From the NCBI RefSeq assembly GCF_009914755.1, contig NC_060937.1: DNA of 64,000 nucleotides; one strand, written 5' to 3'. Shown here one piece after another: positions 36,576-49,880 of the stretch. The notes beneath the pieces were generated by a model, which did not search any database, was not told the origin of the DNA, and was given only the letters and a program-made list of their open reading frames with translations. Made by a program: the position numbers and the translations under genes. Position 1 is the first letter of the stretch. Every line of letters starts with the position of its first letter. The DNA is from the human T2T-CHM13v2.0 reference genome, Homo sapiens.

Positions 36576-38666
36576 GTGCTGGGGGTTCCGGGGCTGGTCG
36601 AGGCTGGGAGCCCCGTCTGCAGAAGGTCCCGGTGTGAACAGTGGAGCCGGTGCCTCCTCTGACGCCTCCCTGACTGTGCCCGTTGCCCTTCGGTTTCGTA
36701 AGCATGGAGGAAACTGAACCTGAAGCAGCTTGGAGGGAGCTGAGCCCCAGGACAGGAGCCTGGTCTGGCTGGGGTCTAACATGAGGCCCCAAATTTGTTA
36801 TAAAACTACAGAAAGTGTCTGATGAGTAGATGCCACCTCCGGACCCTGGCATCCGCCTCTGCTGCCTTTGCTCTGCTCAGGAGGGCAGTGGGTGCCGGCA
36901 GAATCCATGGGAATTGGTGCAGTGTCACAAAGACCCAAGTCCACCTCCGCCCCTGCCCTGCCCACCACCAGACCCAGGTCTCCCCCGCTCAAAGCCACCC
37001 ACAGGGCAAAGGTCAAGCATGGCAGGGAGCTGCACACAGGGTTCCCAGGATGGGTCGGCCTCGGGGACCAGGCTGTAGCCTGGCCACCCATGCGGCAACC
37101 CTACCAGCAGGGCACTGCGGTTCTCACGCCCCAACCCCCAAATGACCTTTAACCTGGTGACAGGCTTCCTCACCCAGAGCTGTGGTTCAGAACAAGGTGG
37201 GGTGACCTCCCCACGCCACCGCAGGAATCAGGCAGCACCCAGCACGTGAAGAGACCCTCCAAGGGGCCGGGGGGACTCTTCCCCTAGGCCTGCTCTGGGG
37301 CCCCTGCCTACCTGCCTGCAGCTTGGTGAGGGTTTCCAGTGGTCTCTCGATCCAACTAGACCCTGGGAGGGCCCATTCACTTTTTAAAAATGGCCAAAAC
37401 CTCCATGCGGTGATGGCACACAACACAGTGCATTAACAAGACAGGAAACACTTTTGGGCCCAAAGTGCACTGAACTGGAAGCACCTCACGCAGCCTAAAG
37501 TCAGTTTGGAAGGTTCCAGAACATTTCCTAAACACCTTCATCTCTGAATACACTTTAACTCCTTGGGTCCCAGCAAGGTCTCTGCCTGGTGGTGAGGGGC
37601 AGCCAGGGGATTAAGGGCACGGCCCGACCTGACGCTCACTCATCCTTGGGCCACAGTCCCCGCAGAGCTGCAGTGAGGATCAGAGGTCAGTGAACGTGGA
37701 GAACCTTCTGCAAACACCCGATGTCAGTCCTGCATAAATCTTTTTGTGTGAGTTTCATCTGCATTCATACAGCAAATAGTGGTTATTTTTCAGAGTGTGC
37801 TAAGAATGTATTACTCTCTTTAGCAAATAACAGCCATAAATTTTGTTTCCAAAAATCTTTATCTTACTTGACAAGTGGGTGGAGACTGCTGAGCACAGGG
37901 ACTCTGTTTATCAACACCATAACTTTCTCTGATATTTTCCATGGGAAATGGTCACAAGAATTCACTAACCCTTTGACCATAGTGCTGTCTTCCAAGAACT
38001 TGACTTCTATGAGAAAACTCAGAGTAACGCCCACAGGAACTGCCCTTGGGGAGCCTTCCTTTCTCAGCATTTGCAGACTCTCTGAAGAGCCGCCGTCTTA
38101 CAGACCCTTGGCCTGGCAGCCCGGCTCTATTCATGTTCTTCTAGCTTGGGAAGTGCAAAATCCTTTCCTTCCTTCCGAATTCGTTTCCTAAGTCTTCACA
38201 CCCGCAGCAGCCTGCTCTAGCCCTGAGCAAAGTGGAAGTGCTGATCCCACTGCCCACAGGAGGCAGTGCATGGCCCCCAGCCCAGAGGACCCCAGGCTGA
38301 CCTGGAGGGAGACAGGCCCCAGGAAAGCACAGTCAGTATACCCGGCATGCCCATCTGCACCCAGGGTCAGCGGTGACAGGTGCCTCTGCCCTCCTCCAAG
38401 CTCACACCCAGGTGCGCCCTCCCTTGCTGGGAGCCCTCTTCCTGGGAGCTCATCCTGGTGTGACTGCCCGGTCAGATGTGGATGCTGGGAAAGGCCTCTG
38501 TAGCTGACTGCACAGCTGTGAGCACCCTCCATGCCTCACAGCACCGACGTGGTGCCTGACCCGGTGGGTAACCAAGCTCTTCTCACAGAAGCCCCGAGAC
38601 ACACATCAGTGTCTCTCATGGGCTTCATGGCAAACGAGACAGAGGAGCTCGAGTGGCTTCCAGCAG

Positions 38667-38776
38667 CTGCACGGCGGTAACGCCGAGACTCGCCCCGCAT
38701 GGCAGTGACGCCGAGACTCCCCCTGCATGGAAGTCATGCTGAGACTCAACCCTGCACGGCAGTAATGCTGAGACTC
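38667..38776. repeat. About 28-bp degenerate repeat x4 (gcacggcagtaatgctgagactc)
   Basis: Direct inspection. Confidence 0.7.
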
Positions 38777-40659
38777 ACTCTGCCCGTCTCTGCCCCAAAC
38801 ACAGAGCATGCTCCCGACAGCCCCCAGCAGGGTGTCCTGTGGTGCACAACATTCAGCATGTGAGCGTGGACGCAGGGAAGGAACAGAGCTGCAGCCCCCA
38901 CAGGCCCTGAGCCAGCACAGGCTCTCATCGAGGAAGGCCCGCTGTCTTTCAGGGCAAGCCCCACCGAGGGCTGCCTGCTTTGAAGTGCAGAGCAGTGACT
39001 GTCTCTGGCCATTTGGCAGCATCCTTGCGGGCCCTGAGAGAAGCCAGTCAGGAAGCCACACAGCTGTTGGATGGGAGGGATGCTGGCCACAAGAAACACT
39101 ACAAGGAGAGAGGCCCAGGACACGCCACTGTTTGCACGTGGTGGGCAGAAGGGAGCCTGGGAAAGTGCTGACTAAAGACAGGCCAGTCTGTGGGGGAGCA
39201 GAGGGCGGGGAGGAGGAAGGAAGAGGGTTCCTCCGTGCCCACCCCAGCCCCGGTGGCATCGCTGTCCTGGGAGCAGCCTCGTGCCCGCAACAGCTGCCGT
39301 GGAGAGGAAGTGGGATGTCTCACTGCAAATGCTTTGGGAAAAACAAGACAGTGTACTTTGTGATCATATAAAACAGCAAAATAAAATAGTCGTGGGCACA
39401 GGGCCAGTGATTCTGCAGTTAGAGCCGTGTGGACTCGGTCCCCATCTCCGGTGAGGGCGTCTCCTGCACACGGCACCCATGCTTCAGGTCGCACACACGT
39501 GCCTTGGACCCAAGTTCACCTTTGGAGGTGTCAATCCCCCCAAGAAGATGTGCTAACCTTGGAGTTTGGGGCCTAGGCTTCCATCAGAGTCTTCCCCACA
39601 GAAAGCGAACTGGGACTGGTCCCTCAATAAGCTACCGGCCTCTGTTCACAGCAGCACAGGATGAGGATGCCTGGGTCTTGCCAGCCACCACGTTCTATGA
39701 TCCCAGGACAAACACGATTGCAAAGTTCATGTGTGTTCCCGGCTTACAAATGGGGAGGTTTATTTACGGCCTCTCCGGATCCACGGGGAGCTGCTCCATG
39801 GGACGCTGGACAGCTCAGTTCCCTTGAAAGGATGGCTGCACCATCGAGCATGACTCAACCCAAAGATCCAACGCGCAGGGGCCTGGCAGGGACAGCTGTG
39901 CTTGGGACGCCGGTGTGCCACTGCCGCTTCTGCGCCGGGAGTCACGCCCCGGCCTCTCCCACTGGGCTCCCAGCCTGAGCTCTGCCCAGCTGGTGTAAGG
40001 ACAGTAAAGGCAACCAGATGCCCTGACTGCGACCACCACCAATAGTCGCCAAGAGTGCACGCAAGCAGAAATCACAGATGCCCTGGCAGCTGCCTGAGGG
40101 ACAGGCTTCTCCTCCAGCTTTATCCAAGTTGAGCTGGTCTTCGGCCAGACGACCAAGCTCAGGCCCCAAATTCACCTGGGTTGCTCTGAGGACTGGTGAG
40201 ACTTAAAGGTCACTTGGACTCCTCCAGTGGCCGGGACACATGTCTCTCTAGTGGACTGGTTGCCTTCCGTGTTGTGAGGACCGGCCAGGCCTGCAGGTTG
40301 GTGCCTTCCTCTGGCCTCACTGAGCAGCAACACTCAAGTTCAAACACAAAACCACCATTTATGGTGGAGCCATGGGCTCTGTAGCCCAGCATGACGCACC
40401 TGGCAGACCATGTTCACGAGACTAATGCTCCGAGCCACTGACACACACCCAGCTCCCCGCAGCCGCCCTGTGCTTTATGCGCCCACACCAGCACCACTCA
40501 GCCCTCACATGGGTGCCAGTATGCTCACAGTCGCCTGCACACAGAGGAGCACACAGTGGGGCCGGGGGTGCTGCCGCATCCTGCTCTCCCCCAGTCCCAG
40601 CGAGCACAGGAGTTAATGACAGAGTGTGGGGCTCAAATGCCCAGGACACACTGTAGCCC

Positions 40660-40750
40660 TCCACAGCCTCTCAGGGCCTCAGTTTCCACATCTGTAAAAT
40701 GGCTCAGTGACAGCTGTTACACAGTTGTCATGAGGATGTAACAACTTCAC
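40660..40750 (+). mobile_element. MIR core fragment
   Basis: gcctcagtttccacatctgtaaaatgg is the MIR core signature. Confidence 0.65.
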
Positions 40751-42469
40751 ACATGGAGACCCCGAGAACAGCACTCTCAGGAGGACCCGTGCACGATTCA
40801 TCTTTCAGACTAACAGACGAGCTGAGCGACGGACGAGCTAAGTGATGGATCTGAGAACGGGAGTGATCGGGAAGTGAACAGTTTCATCATCTGCTGCTGC
40901 TATTCAATTGTCAGGGTTGAAATAAACGGAAAGCCAGCCTGCCCGTAAACACTGTCATGTATTTCCCACAAGTGTAAAAAGGAAGTGAACAGTATCTTCC
41001 AGGTGTGGTGGAGACAGTCCAGACACACCCAAAGCCCACTGCGCCTCCCTGAGAGCTCCCGCGTCCGGGCTGCCCTCATTTGGAGTGGGCAGGAATGCCA
41101 CACCGCAGCCCTCTCTGCTTCTGCAGGGACGGTCAACTTAGCAATTCAGAAAAGAAACAATGTTGACTCAGAGAGTGGCCTTACTGTACTGTGGACAGTT
41201 GGTCCTGGATGGGAGCCAGTCCCAGCCTGGCCGAACGTTTGGCCTTTTTATGCTGAGAATCCAGCCACTGCAGTGACCGGCCCAGGCTCTCTGAGGGCTG
41301 GCTGGGTCAAGCTGTGTGTTTTCCATGGAGCCCCAAGTTCCAAGGGGAGGTAGTCACAAAACAGGGTCTAGCAGGTTTGTGGACAGATGTGGAGAAAATG
41401 TATTTTCTTATCATAGGCACTAACACTGGAAGGAAAAAAATTTCACCTATAATTTGAAAACGGAGCCCCAGAAAATTAGTAGAACATTAACAAGGCCCAA
41501 TGCACTTTACTATTTCTTTTGAATATTATACTTTTAATCAACACCCGTCAGTCAGAGCAGAGAGTGCCTCTGTCAGAGTGAAAGGCAAAACTGATACTGT
41601 TCTTAACTTATTCCACTTCCAGCTCCCCTTTAAAATTTATTTTAAAACTTTTAAAATGAACCTTTCACTTGGCCAGGGTCAAAATTTACAAGGCGTACAC
41701 ACCAGGTTTGCAGTGAAATCACTGGAATATAAAAACCATGGAAGAGTCCAGAGCATTTCCAACATCAAATACGAAACCCTTAAACAAGCAGCTTTGCATT
41801 GGAGAAACAGCTCTCAGTTTTAACCTTAGAAAACAGGGGAAAATGAAGCATGAGGAAACCTGGATGCCTGTCAATCGCTCTGGGGTAAAGCCATAACCTG
41901 GGAAGTGCTCAGCATGCCCCAGCTAGCAAGCTTAACGCCCCTTTACTCAGAATCTCAAGAAAGAAGCCATAAGCACTTGCTTCCTAAAAGAGTGTTTTGT
42001 TCCTAAATAACAAAGGGAGACGTTCAGCGTTTCTCAAAACGTCTTTAATTAGAGTTTTCCACAGATGTGAAGCTCTCCGGCTCGGGTGAGGGTGTCGTGT
42101 GCAGGGCCTGGCACTCGGCTGCCTCTGAGAAAGCCCCGGAGGAGCCTGGCACCAAGTGCCTGCAGACGCCCGGGTGAAAACAAGCATCTGCACAGGTGCG
42201 GGCACAGGAGAGGGCTGCGGAGCCAGCACGGAAGACGGCCCTCAGAGGAGGCCGGGCCGGGGTCCACCTGCAGGCCTCAGGATGGGCCCAGGAGGAAAGG
42301 CCTTGGCCACAGGGCTCCGGCCCCTCAGGCAGGGGGCTCTGGGAGTGGAGAGACCCTGGGGGTCTGAGGAAGCTGGGGCCACAGAGCCCCGTGACCTTGT
42401 GTCACTTTTTAGTGATCCTGCTGCAGCTGTCAGTGGTCTTCTGACCCCAAAGTTGTAGAAAGAGAAAAG

Positions 42470-44060
42470 TGTGTGAGAGGGTGCACATGTGTCTGTGTGT
42501 GTCTGCATGCATGTGGCTGGGCATCCATGTGTGCCTGTGTGTGTATATGTGTCTATTTATGTGACTGTGTGTACATGTGTGCATATTATGCATGTGTGTA
42601 CATGTCTGTCAGTGTATGACTGTGTACGTATGTCTATGTGAATGTGTGCATGTGTGTGCATGTCTGTCAGTGTGTGTGACTGTGTGTTTACATATGTCTA
42701 TGTGAATGTGTGCATGTGTACATGTCTGCTAGTATGTGCCTTTGTGTGTGCATGTCTGTGTGCCTATGTATGCATGTCTGTGTGTGACTATGTACATCTA
42801 TGTGAATGTGTGCATGTCTGTGTACGTCTGCTAGTATGTGCCTTTGTGTGTGCATGTCTGTGTGTGACTGTGTACGTATGTGTACATGTCTGTGTGTGCC
42901 TATGTATGCATGTCTGTGTGTTTGTGACTGTATGTGTACATGTCTGTGTGTGCCTATGTATGCATGTCTGTGTGTGTGACTGTGTATGTACATCTATGTG
43001 AATGTGTGCATGTATGTGTACATGTCTGTTAGTATGTGTGTGCGTGTCATTATGCATGTGTGTACATGTCTGTGACTGTATGTATGTCTATGTGAATGTG
43101 TGCATGTATGTGTACATGTCTGTTAGTATGTGTGTCATTATGCATGTGTGTACATGACTATGTAAGTCTATGTGAATGTGTGCATGTATGTGTACATGTC
43201 TGTTAGTATGTGTGTGCGTGTCATGCATGTGTGTACATGTCTGTGTGACTGTATGTCTATATGAATGTGTGCATGTATGTATACATGTCTGTTAGTATGT
43301 GTGCCTTGTATGTGCATGTCTGGACAGTGTGTGACTGTGTGTACGTATGTCTATGTGAATGTGTGCATGTATGTGTGTGCATGTCTGTCAGTGTGTGGCT
43401 GTGTGCTTACATATGTCTATGTGAATGTGTGCATGTATGTGTACATGTCTGCTAGTATGTGCCTTTGTGTGTGCATGTCTGTGTGTGTGACTGTGTACGT
43501 ATGTGTACATGTCTGTGTGTGCCTATGTATGCATGTCTGTGTGACTGTGTAGGTACATCTATGTGAATGTGTGCATGTATGTGTACATGTCTGTTAGTAT
43601 GTGTGTGCATGTCATTATGCATGTGTACATGTCTGTGTGACTGTATGTCTATGTGAATGTGTGCATGTATGTATACATGTCTGTTAGTATGTGTGTGCCT
43701 TGTATGTGCATGTCTGGACAGTGTGTGACTGTGTGTACGTATGTCTATGTGAATGTGTGCATGTATGTGTACATGTCTGTTAGTATGTGTGTGTGCCTGT
43801 TTATGTGTGTGCATGTCTGTCAGTGTGTGTGTGTACGTATATCTATGTGAATGTGTGCATACGTATGTACATGTCTGTTAGTATGTGTGTGCCTGTGTGT
43901 GTGCATGTATATCTGTGTCTATGGGAACATATGTACATGTGTGCATGTGTCTAGGTAGGGGTGTGTGTGTCCCTGCACACCTGTATCCATGAGTCAGCAC
44001 CTATCTGTGCTGGTGTCCATGTGTGAATGTGTGTGCATGTGTCTGTGTGTGGGAGTGTGC
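42470..44060. repeat. About 1.6 kb degenerate (TG/CA/TA)n alternating purine-pyrimidine tract, intron 2
   Basis: Direct inspection. Confidence 0.95.
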
Positions 44061-45127
44061 TGCAGCCTCTGTCAAGGCAGGGCAGGGGAGGTCTCAGCCT
44101 GGCCATCACCTTCCCCACCAGGCGCCCCCACATTGTACAGCCCTCCCCTCCAACAGGGACCTCCCTTTAGGCCATCCCAACATCTGGGCCTGTGTCCCAG
44201 CCAAGTGGCTGTTCCCAAGTGGGGACTCAGAGGGGTTTTCATTTCCATAAAGGGTACCCCTTCCCCAGCTGTTCCCAAAGAATCCACAAGGTCAGGGAAA
44301 AGGTGCTTGGAGGGCACATGCAGTTCAGGATGAGCCAGCAAGTTTGAAAACGGATGCACCAACATCCCATGCGGAGAATTCCTCACCACCAGCAGTGGGG
44401 AGAAGAGAGAGACTGGGACAGAGAGAGAAACACAGAGGGAGACAAAGAAAGAGATGGGGGAAGGGAAACCTGGCCTCGGAGCACAGGCCTGGCCACATGT
44501 CGTGCAGGTGCGGGTACAGGTGCAGGTTGCTAATCCAGGCCAACCCTCAGGGAAGGCCACCAGCCCTCGGTGAATATTGTGCTTTGTATCTCAGATAAAG
44601 CCAGGTGATGGGATCAGGAACCACAGCCTGGATGATTTTCCGGCAGGCAGGCCGGGGATCAAAGTGCACAAACAGGCTCCCAGGCAGGCACCGGAGGACC
44701 TGGGCAGTAGGGCTGGGCTGGGATAAGTCTCTAGTCTCGGATCATTTCTGGAATCAAGGGGTGATTATGGAGACCTCAGCAGGCCCTGGAACCTGATGGC
44801 CTTCGAGGATTTAGTAAAAAGTCACTGGGCCTGGGAAGCTTTAGCAGAGACACTGTGGGGAGTTACCCAGTCTTCTCTGAATTAGAAACTCGGGCAAGGA
44901 ACCCAGCAGGGAGAGGCAAGGCCAGGGAGGGAGAACAACAATATAAAAAGGAAAACAAGATAAGGAGAAGGTCTGGGCGGTGGAGAGCAAGGAGGCATGT
45001 GGGGGTGGCCCAGCCTGGAGGAATGTCGGGGGAGGGGCACGGCTCCAGCAGAGAGGGCTGGGGAGGTGGGAGGAGTGTCCCTTCCAGCAGAACAGGGCTT
45101 GAAACCACAGGTGTGTGGGGAGGGCCA

Positions 45128-45472
45128 GAGCCTGGGAGGGGTGCTGGGCTTAGTATCCGCCTGCTGGAAGGTGGGGGTCTGCAGAGCAGGCACTTCCCTC
45201 ACAACCAGGAAGCAGCCCCAGCTTGGGGCAGTGGGACACGCTTCAGGCAGGTGAGCAGGTGGCCAGGTGGGCACAGAGGTTAGCACACAAGTGAGCCTGG
45301 AGCCTGGGAGGGGTGCCGGGCTTAGTATCTGCCTGCTGGAAGGGCTGCACAGCGGGTGCTTCCGGGAAGAAGGCGCAACCAGGAAGATGCCCCAGCAAGG
45401 GGCAGTGGGACACACTTCGGGCAGGTTAGCAGTTTAGCAGGTGGACATGAAGGTGAGCACACTGGAGAGCTG
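45128..45472. repeat. About 172-bp diverged tandem duplication
   Basis: gagcctgggaggggtgc.gggcttagtatc at 45128 and 45300. Confidence 0.85.
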
Positions 45473-47855
45473 GCTCCAGCTGTCCCTTCCCTCCCTCGTA
45501 GGAGCCTGCCCAGGGGAAACAGCCAGGGCTGGGTAGGTGCGTGTTAACTAACGGCGGCCAGGCACTTCCCACATCCTAAAATGGCAGGGGGCTGGGACCA
45601 CCTTCCCTACAACCACCCGTGGAGGACCACACATCAGGATCCTGGGCCTGGGGAGGCCAGGGACCCAAGGATGCTCTGACAGTCACCATGGCCAGGTCCT
45701 GGTCACCTCTTGAGCTCAGGCCACAGCCCTTTTCCTCAATCAGCCGCACTGCACAAAATGTAAAGTGAGCAACATTTCAAAGACAAGGAGCCCCTGGCCT
45801 TTGACAGGGAGAAGTTCATGGATGATTTTCATGCATTAGCAGGAAGTTGTGCTTGGACAGTCCCCTCGGGCCTGGGGTCTCCCAAGAGTGTGGCAGAGGA
45901 TGCAGTGGAGACTAGGGTCCTGGGAGGGGTGGGCCTGGTGTGCTGGAGCCGGCTGGGACTCAAGCCAGCCTCTGGACCCTGCCCCTGCCCCTGCCCCAAC
46001 CAGGCTGTCCCCAGCATCCACCTGCCGGCAGGAACCGGAAACAGAAACAGAAACAGACAGCAAGCTAATGGCCAGATCCAAAAACCAGAGGGAAAGCGGG
46101 TTGTTATCATTTGGCATGGGGGCTGGGAAGGAGGGCAGAACGCTGGGAACTGAGATGACGCTGAAAAGAAGCCGACAGAGGCTGCTGGGGCCAGGCTGTG
46201 AGAGGATGGGAGGGATGCCTCCCGGGCACCAAAGCCACTCAGCCACATGCAGGAGGGTGAGGAGATGAACATGCCAGCACAGAAACCATGTGACGCAACC
46301 GCAGTTGTATTAAAGTGATGGGGTCCTGAGTGCTGTTTTCATTTTCTTATCTTCATTTCACACCTTTGTAAATAAAGTTATTAAATTAAAATTGGAAAAC
46401 CAGGTAGGGGACTGACTTGGGAAGAACAGCACAGTACATCCAGGCAGCGTCCAGTCTGATTGACATGGGCCCTGCAGGTCCTGGAGGACAGCGAGGAGGG
46501 GCTGCGGCCAGGCCTTGCAGGGCTGCGCGGAGCGGGTACTGTGGGGTGGGGGTGACCCTGCTGCCCTCAACTCCCATCACCAGCACGCCCCATGCCACAG
46601 TCCCTGTGCACGCAGAATGTTCCGGGTGAGGACGCTGTTGGAGGACACTGCACCAGCCACACGACCAACCCCACAGCTGGGCGGCGACTCCGAGCGACCA
46701 GGGCACACAGGCCCACCTGCCTCAGCCAGCAGCACAGGCCAGGATTCATCATTAAAGAAACAGGAAAACAGAGAGGCCGGGGAGAGCGACCAAGCTAGGC
46801 TGAGCTGAAGGAGGGCACGGGCCTGTGGGGCTGTGGGCAGCCCCCGGGCAACAGCCCCAGGTGCGTCATCTCTGCAGGGATGAGCTATGTCCACAAGTGC
46901 ACAGTGGCCATCTGACAGCCTCAGAGCTTTCAGAAAGGCAGATCTAAGAGGGGTCAAGTCAACCACTAGAAATGTAAGCGGAAACAGGCCTCCATGGTTC
47001 ATCCAGAACCACTCTTTCATCCCGGGTGACATTTATTCCACCCCAGGAGAATTCTTTAAAAGGAACATTCCAGCAGAACGGAAAACTTCGCTATGAAATC
47101 ACCCTGACTTCAGGGCGGGAGGGACGTCAACGGGAATCCACACCTTCTCGGACTTTCCAAAGTCACCCGCTCCCGAGCCCGCAGGATAGAGTGGCCAGGC
47201 CGTCCTCACACGGCGGCTCCTGCGGGAGGCGGCCCCGGGCGCCCCGCCTTCTCCAAGGACATTCCTAACCGAGGTGCCGGGGCCAGCACCGTCGGGCTCC
47301 TGAAAGCACCCGCTGCCTCCAGGAGAGCACCTGGCAGAACGGGGCCGCGGAGCCGCCCTCCCCTCCCGCATGCGGCCCCGCTCGATTCCTGGAATCTTAT
47401 TTTTGGACCTGCTGCCGCAAGCAGTTCCCGCCCTCGGCCCTTTCAATTCCTCTTTCGGGAGGGGACTGCTCTCCACCCCTCTCAGGAGGACGAGGCGCGG
47501 CCCGGGGGTTCCTCACCTCCAGCCCAGCAGAGGGAGGGCCGCGGGGAAGCGGTTTGGGTTTTAACCATTGTGTTTCTCTCGCACTTTGGAAACGGACTCC
47601 CGGCTTCCCCGCGGGGAGGCGTCTGACAGCGAGCGTTTCCCGGACAGCCCCGCAGCGTCTCACCGGCCTGCGCGGGGATCCCGGGGTCGCCGGGGGATGG
47701 GCGTGGGGGACGCGGGGCGGGCCGGGGCTCCTGGGACCCTGAGGCCAGGCCTCGCCGCGCGGAGCTGGGGGGCGGCAGCAGCGCTGCCTCTCGGGAGCGG
47801 TTGGAGGCGCGCGGGCGCCAGGGGTTCCCCCGCATCCCGCCCGCCGGCTGCTCAC

Positions 47856-48022
47856 CGTCTCGGGGTCGTTCTCGAACACCTCCCGCGCCTCCTCGCGGCT
47901 GCACAGCTCCTCCACGCACTCCCTCTCCAGGTGGCCCTGCTTGGCCTCCTCGAAGACCTGAAAGGCGCGGCGCTGCCTGGGCCGCAGGAACTGCGTGGCC
48001 TCGCGCGCCGGCAACAGCGCGG
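47856..48022 (-). CDS. GAS6: GAS6 exon 2 (propeptide with RQRR furin site and Gla domain [37 protein letters not shown])
   Basis: Classic Gla motif ExxxExC; AG acceptor 48023-24; donor GTGAG; 167 nt. Confidence 0.98.
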
Positions 48023-48113
48023 CTGCCCGGAGGGAGAGAGGGGGACGCGTCAAGCCGCGCCCGGAGCCTCCTCCCGCCGCCCGGGGACGGGGTCTCGGGC
48101 CCGCGGGACTCAC

Positions 48114-48201
48114 CAAGCGCGCACTCCGCGGCCAGCAGCAGCAGCAGCAGCTGCGGCGCGCGGCGCAGGGCGGCGGGCCCGGGCGAGAGCGAAGGGGCCA
48201 T
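48114..48201 (-). CDS. GAS6: GAS6 coding exon 1 (signal peptide [29 protein letters not shown])
   Basis: ATG in strong Kozak context (cccgccATGg); hydrophobic Leu run; donor G|GTGAGT at 48113; 88 nt. Confidence 0.98.
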
Positions 48202-48221
48202 GGCGGGCCGGGGACGCGCGG

Positions 48222-48281
48222 TCAGAGCGCCCGGGAGGCCGAGGCGAGCCGCGGGCGCCGCGGGGCGGAGGCTCCGGTCAT
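48222..48281 (-). other. uORF2 in GAS6 5' leader (19 aa, MTGASAPRRPRLASASRAL*)
   Basis: ATG 48281-79 (G at -3); TGA 48224-22; ends 20 nt before the main ATG. Confidence 0.6.
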
Positions 48282-48303
48282 CCCGTCCTGGCGGCCCTGA
48301 AGG

Positions 48304-48309
48304 TCACAT
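48304..48309 (-). other. uORF1: start-stop element ATGTGA
   Basis: tcacat on +; directly follows the (CCG)n tract; G at -3. Confidence 0.55.
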
Positions 48310-48310
48310 C

Positions 48311-48340
48311 GCGGCGGCGGCGGCGGCGGCGGCTGCGGCA
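48311..48340. repeat. (GCG)7 trinucleotide repeat in the 5' leader
   Basis: gcg x7 then gct gcg gca. Confidence 0.9.
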
Positions 48341-49225
48341 CCTCAAGCGCTCGGTCTGGGCGTGTTCGGGCGGCTGCGCGCGGGGAGGCGGCGGGGGCGG
48401 GACCAGCGCGCGGGCGGGGCGCGGGTTCCCGGGAGGATCCGGGCGCGGGGAAAGCGGAGCGTCCGGGACGCGGCGGGACTCGAGTGTTTCGGAAAAGGAG
48501 CGTCTCCCCAGGCGGTGGTTGTCTTCACTAGCGATGGGGTAAAAGGAGGACGCAATACCTGGTTCAACTTGAGCAGGTACATTTTGACCATATTCCAGGT
48601 GTCATGTGAAGATTTAAGCCTCTTTCCAACCCCCACTCCCCCCGAATCTACTGCATCCTTTTTGGAGTCTTCATTCTTAGGCACATTTTGTCAAGACTTA
48701 AAACCTACCAAAGAAAAGATACACTGAGGTCAGATCCAATCCCACTGGGGGCCAGCGAGTGAAATGCGACGGTTTCCTTTTATAATCTCTGTTTTTCATA
48801 ATGATGACATTAAAAATCTTGAGGTTTCCCAGTAGATATTTAAGCTGAAAGCAACATTGTGCTTGTCTTCAGAGACCAAGACTTTCTGGCTCTTGTCTTG
48901 GAATATTTCGCAAAGTCATAGGCAAAACACACACAAACAAACAGAACCAAAACACAGCAGACCACTCACGGGGGACCGAACCAGGCAGTTAGCCCAGCAT
49001 CCCCCTGCTGCGGGAGGAGGGAGCTTGGATACTCCTCTCTGGAGAATCCTGCTCTGGAAATCCCCACACCCCAAAATGCAATGTAGAGGGGCAGTGAGTC
49101 AGCACCTCACCCCAAATGAATGGCCGTTCTGCTCAGCAGGCTCAACGCTTAGATCCCCAGATCCAGTTTCTCTTTGCTTTCTGTAATTGGAAGAATGGAA
49201 TAGGATTGCTGCTAGAAATCTTTGA

Positions 49226-49568
<343 letters not shown>

Positions 49569-49880
49569 GAGCATGTTAATTTAAGCAAATGAATGTCCCT
49601 GGGAATGATCTTCAAGGAGAATTAAAGTGGGATAGAGAAGTCATCTATCTGCACCTGTGTCTGAACCAGAATGACGAGGCACTTCCATGTCAGCTAGTTA
49701 CTGGAGCAGGCGGAGTAAGGAGTACCCCTGGGCTTCTGCCCCGAAACCACCACGGCTACTTCAAAACAATATTACATTAATTTTCCTGCTTGTTCTTGAG
49801 AAGCACTGGTTTGAAAAATTGGATGGGGTGATACATGTTTTAATCAGTATTTACAAGGCTCCTTAATCACTTCATCAGAC

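Larger units (their letters stand above)
47200..48520. promoter_or_regulatory. CpG island / TATA-less bidirectional GAS6 promoter with GC boxes
   Basis: Very high GC and CpG density covering exons 1-2; multiple GGGGCGG motifs 48260-48425. Confidence 0.9.

Noticed and set aside
47568-48727. 300+ aa antisense ORFs over exons 1-2
   Set aside because: Stop-poor CpG island; no recognisable domain
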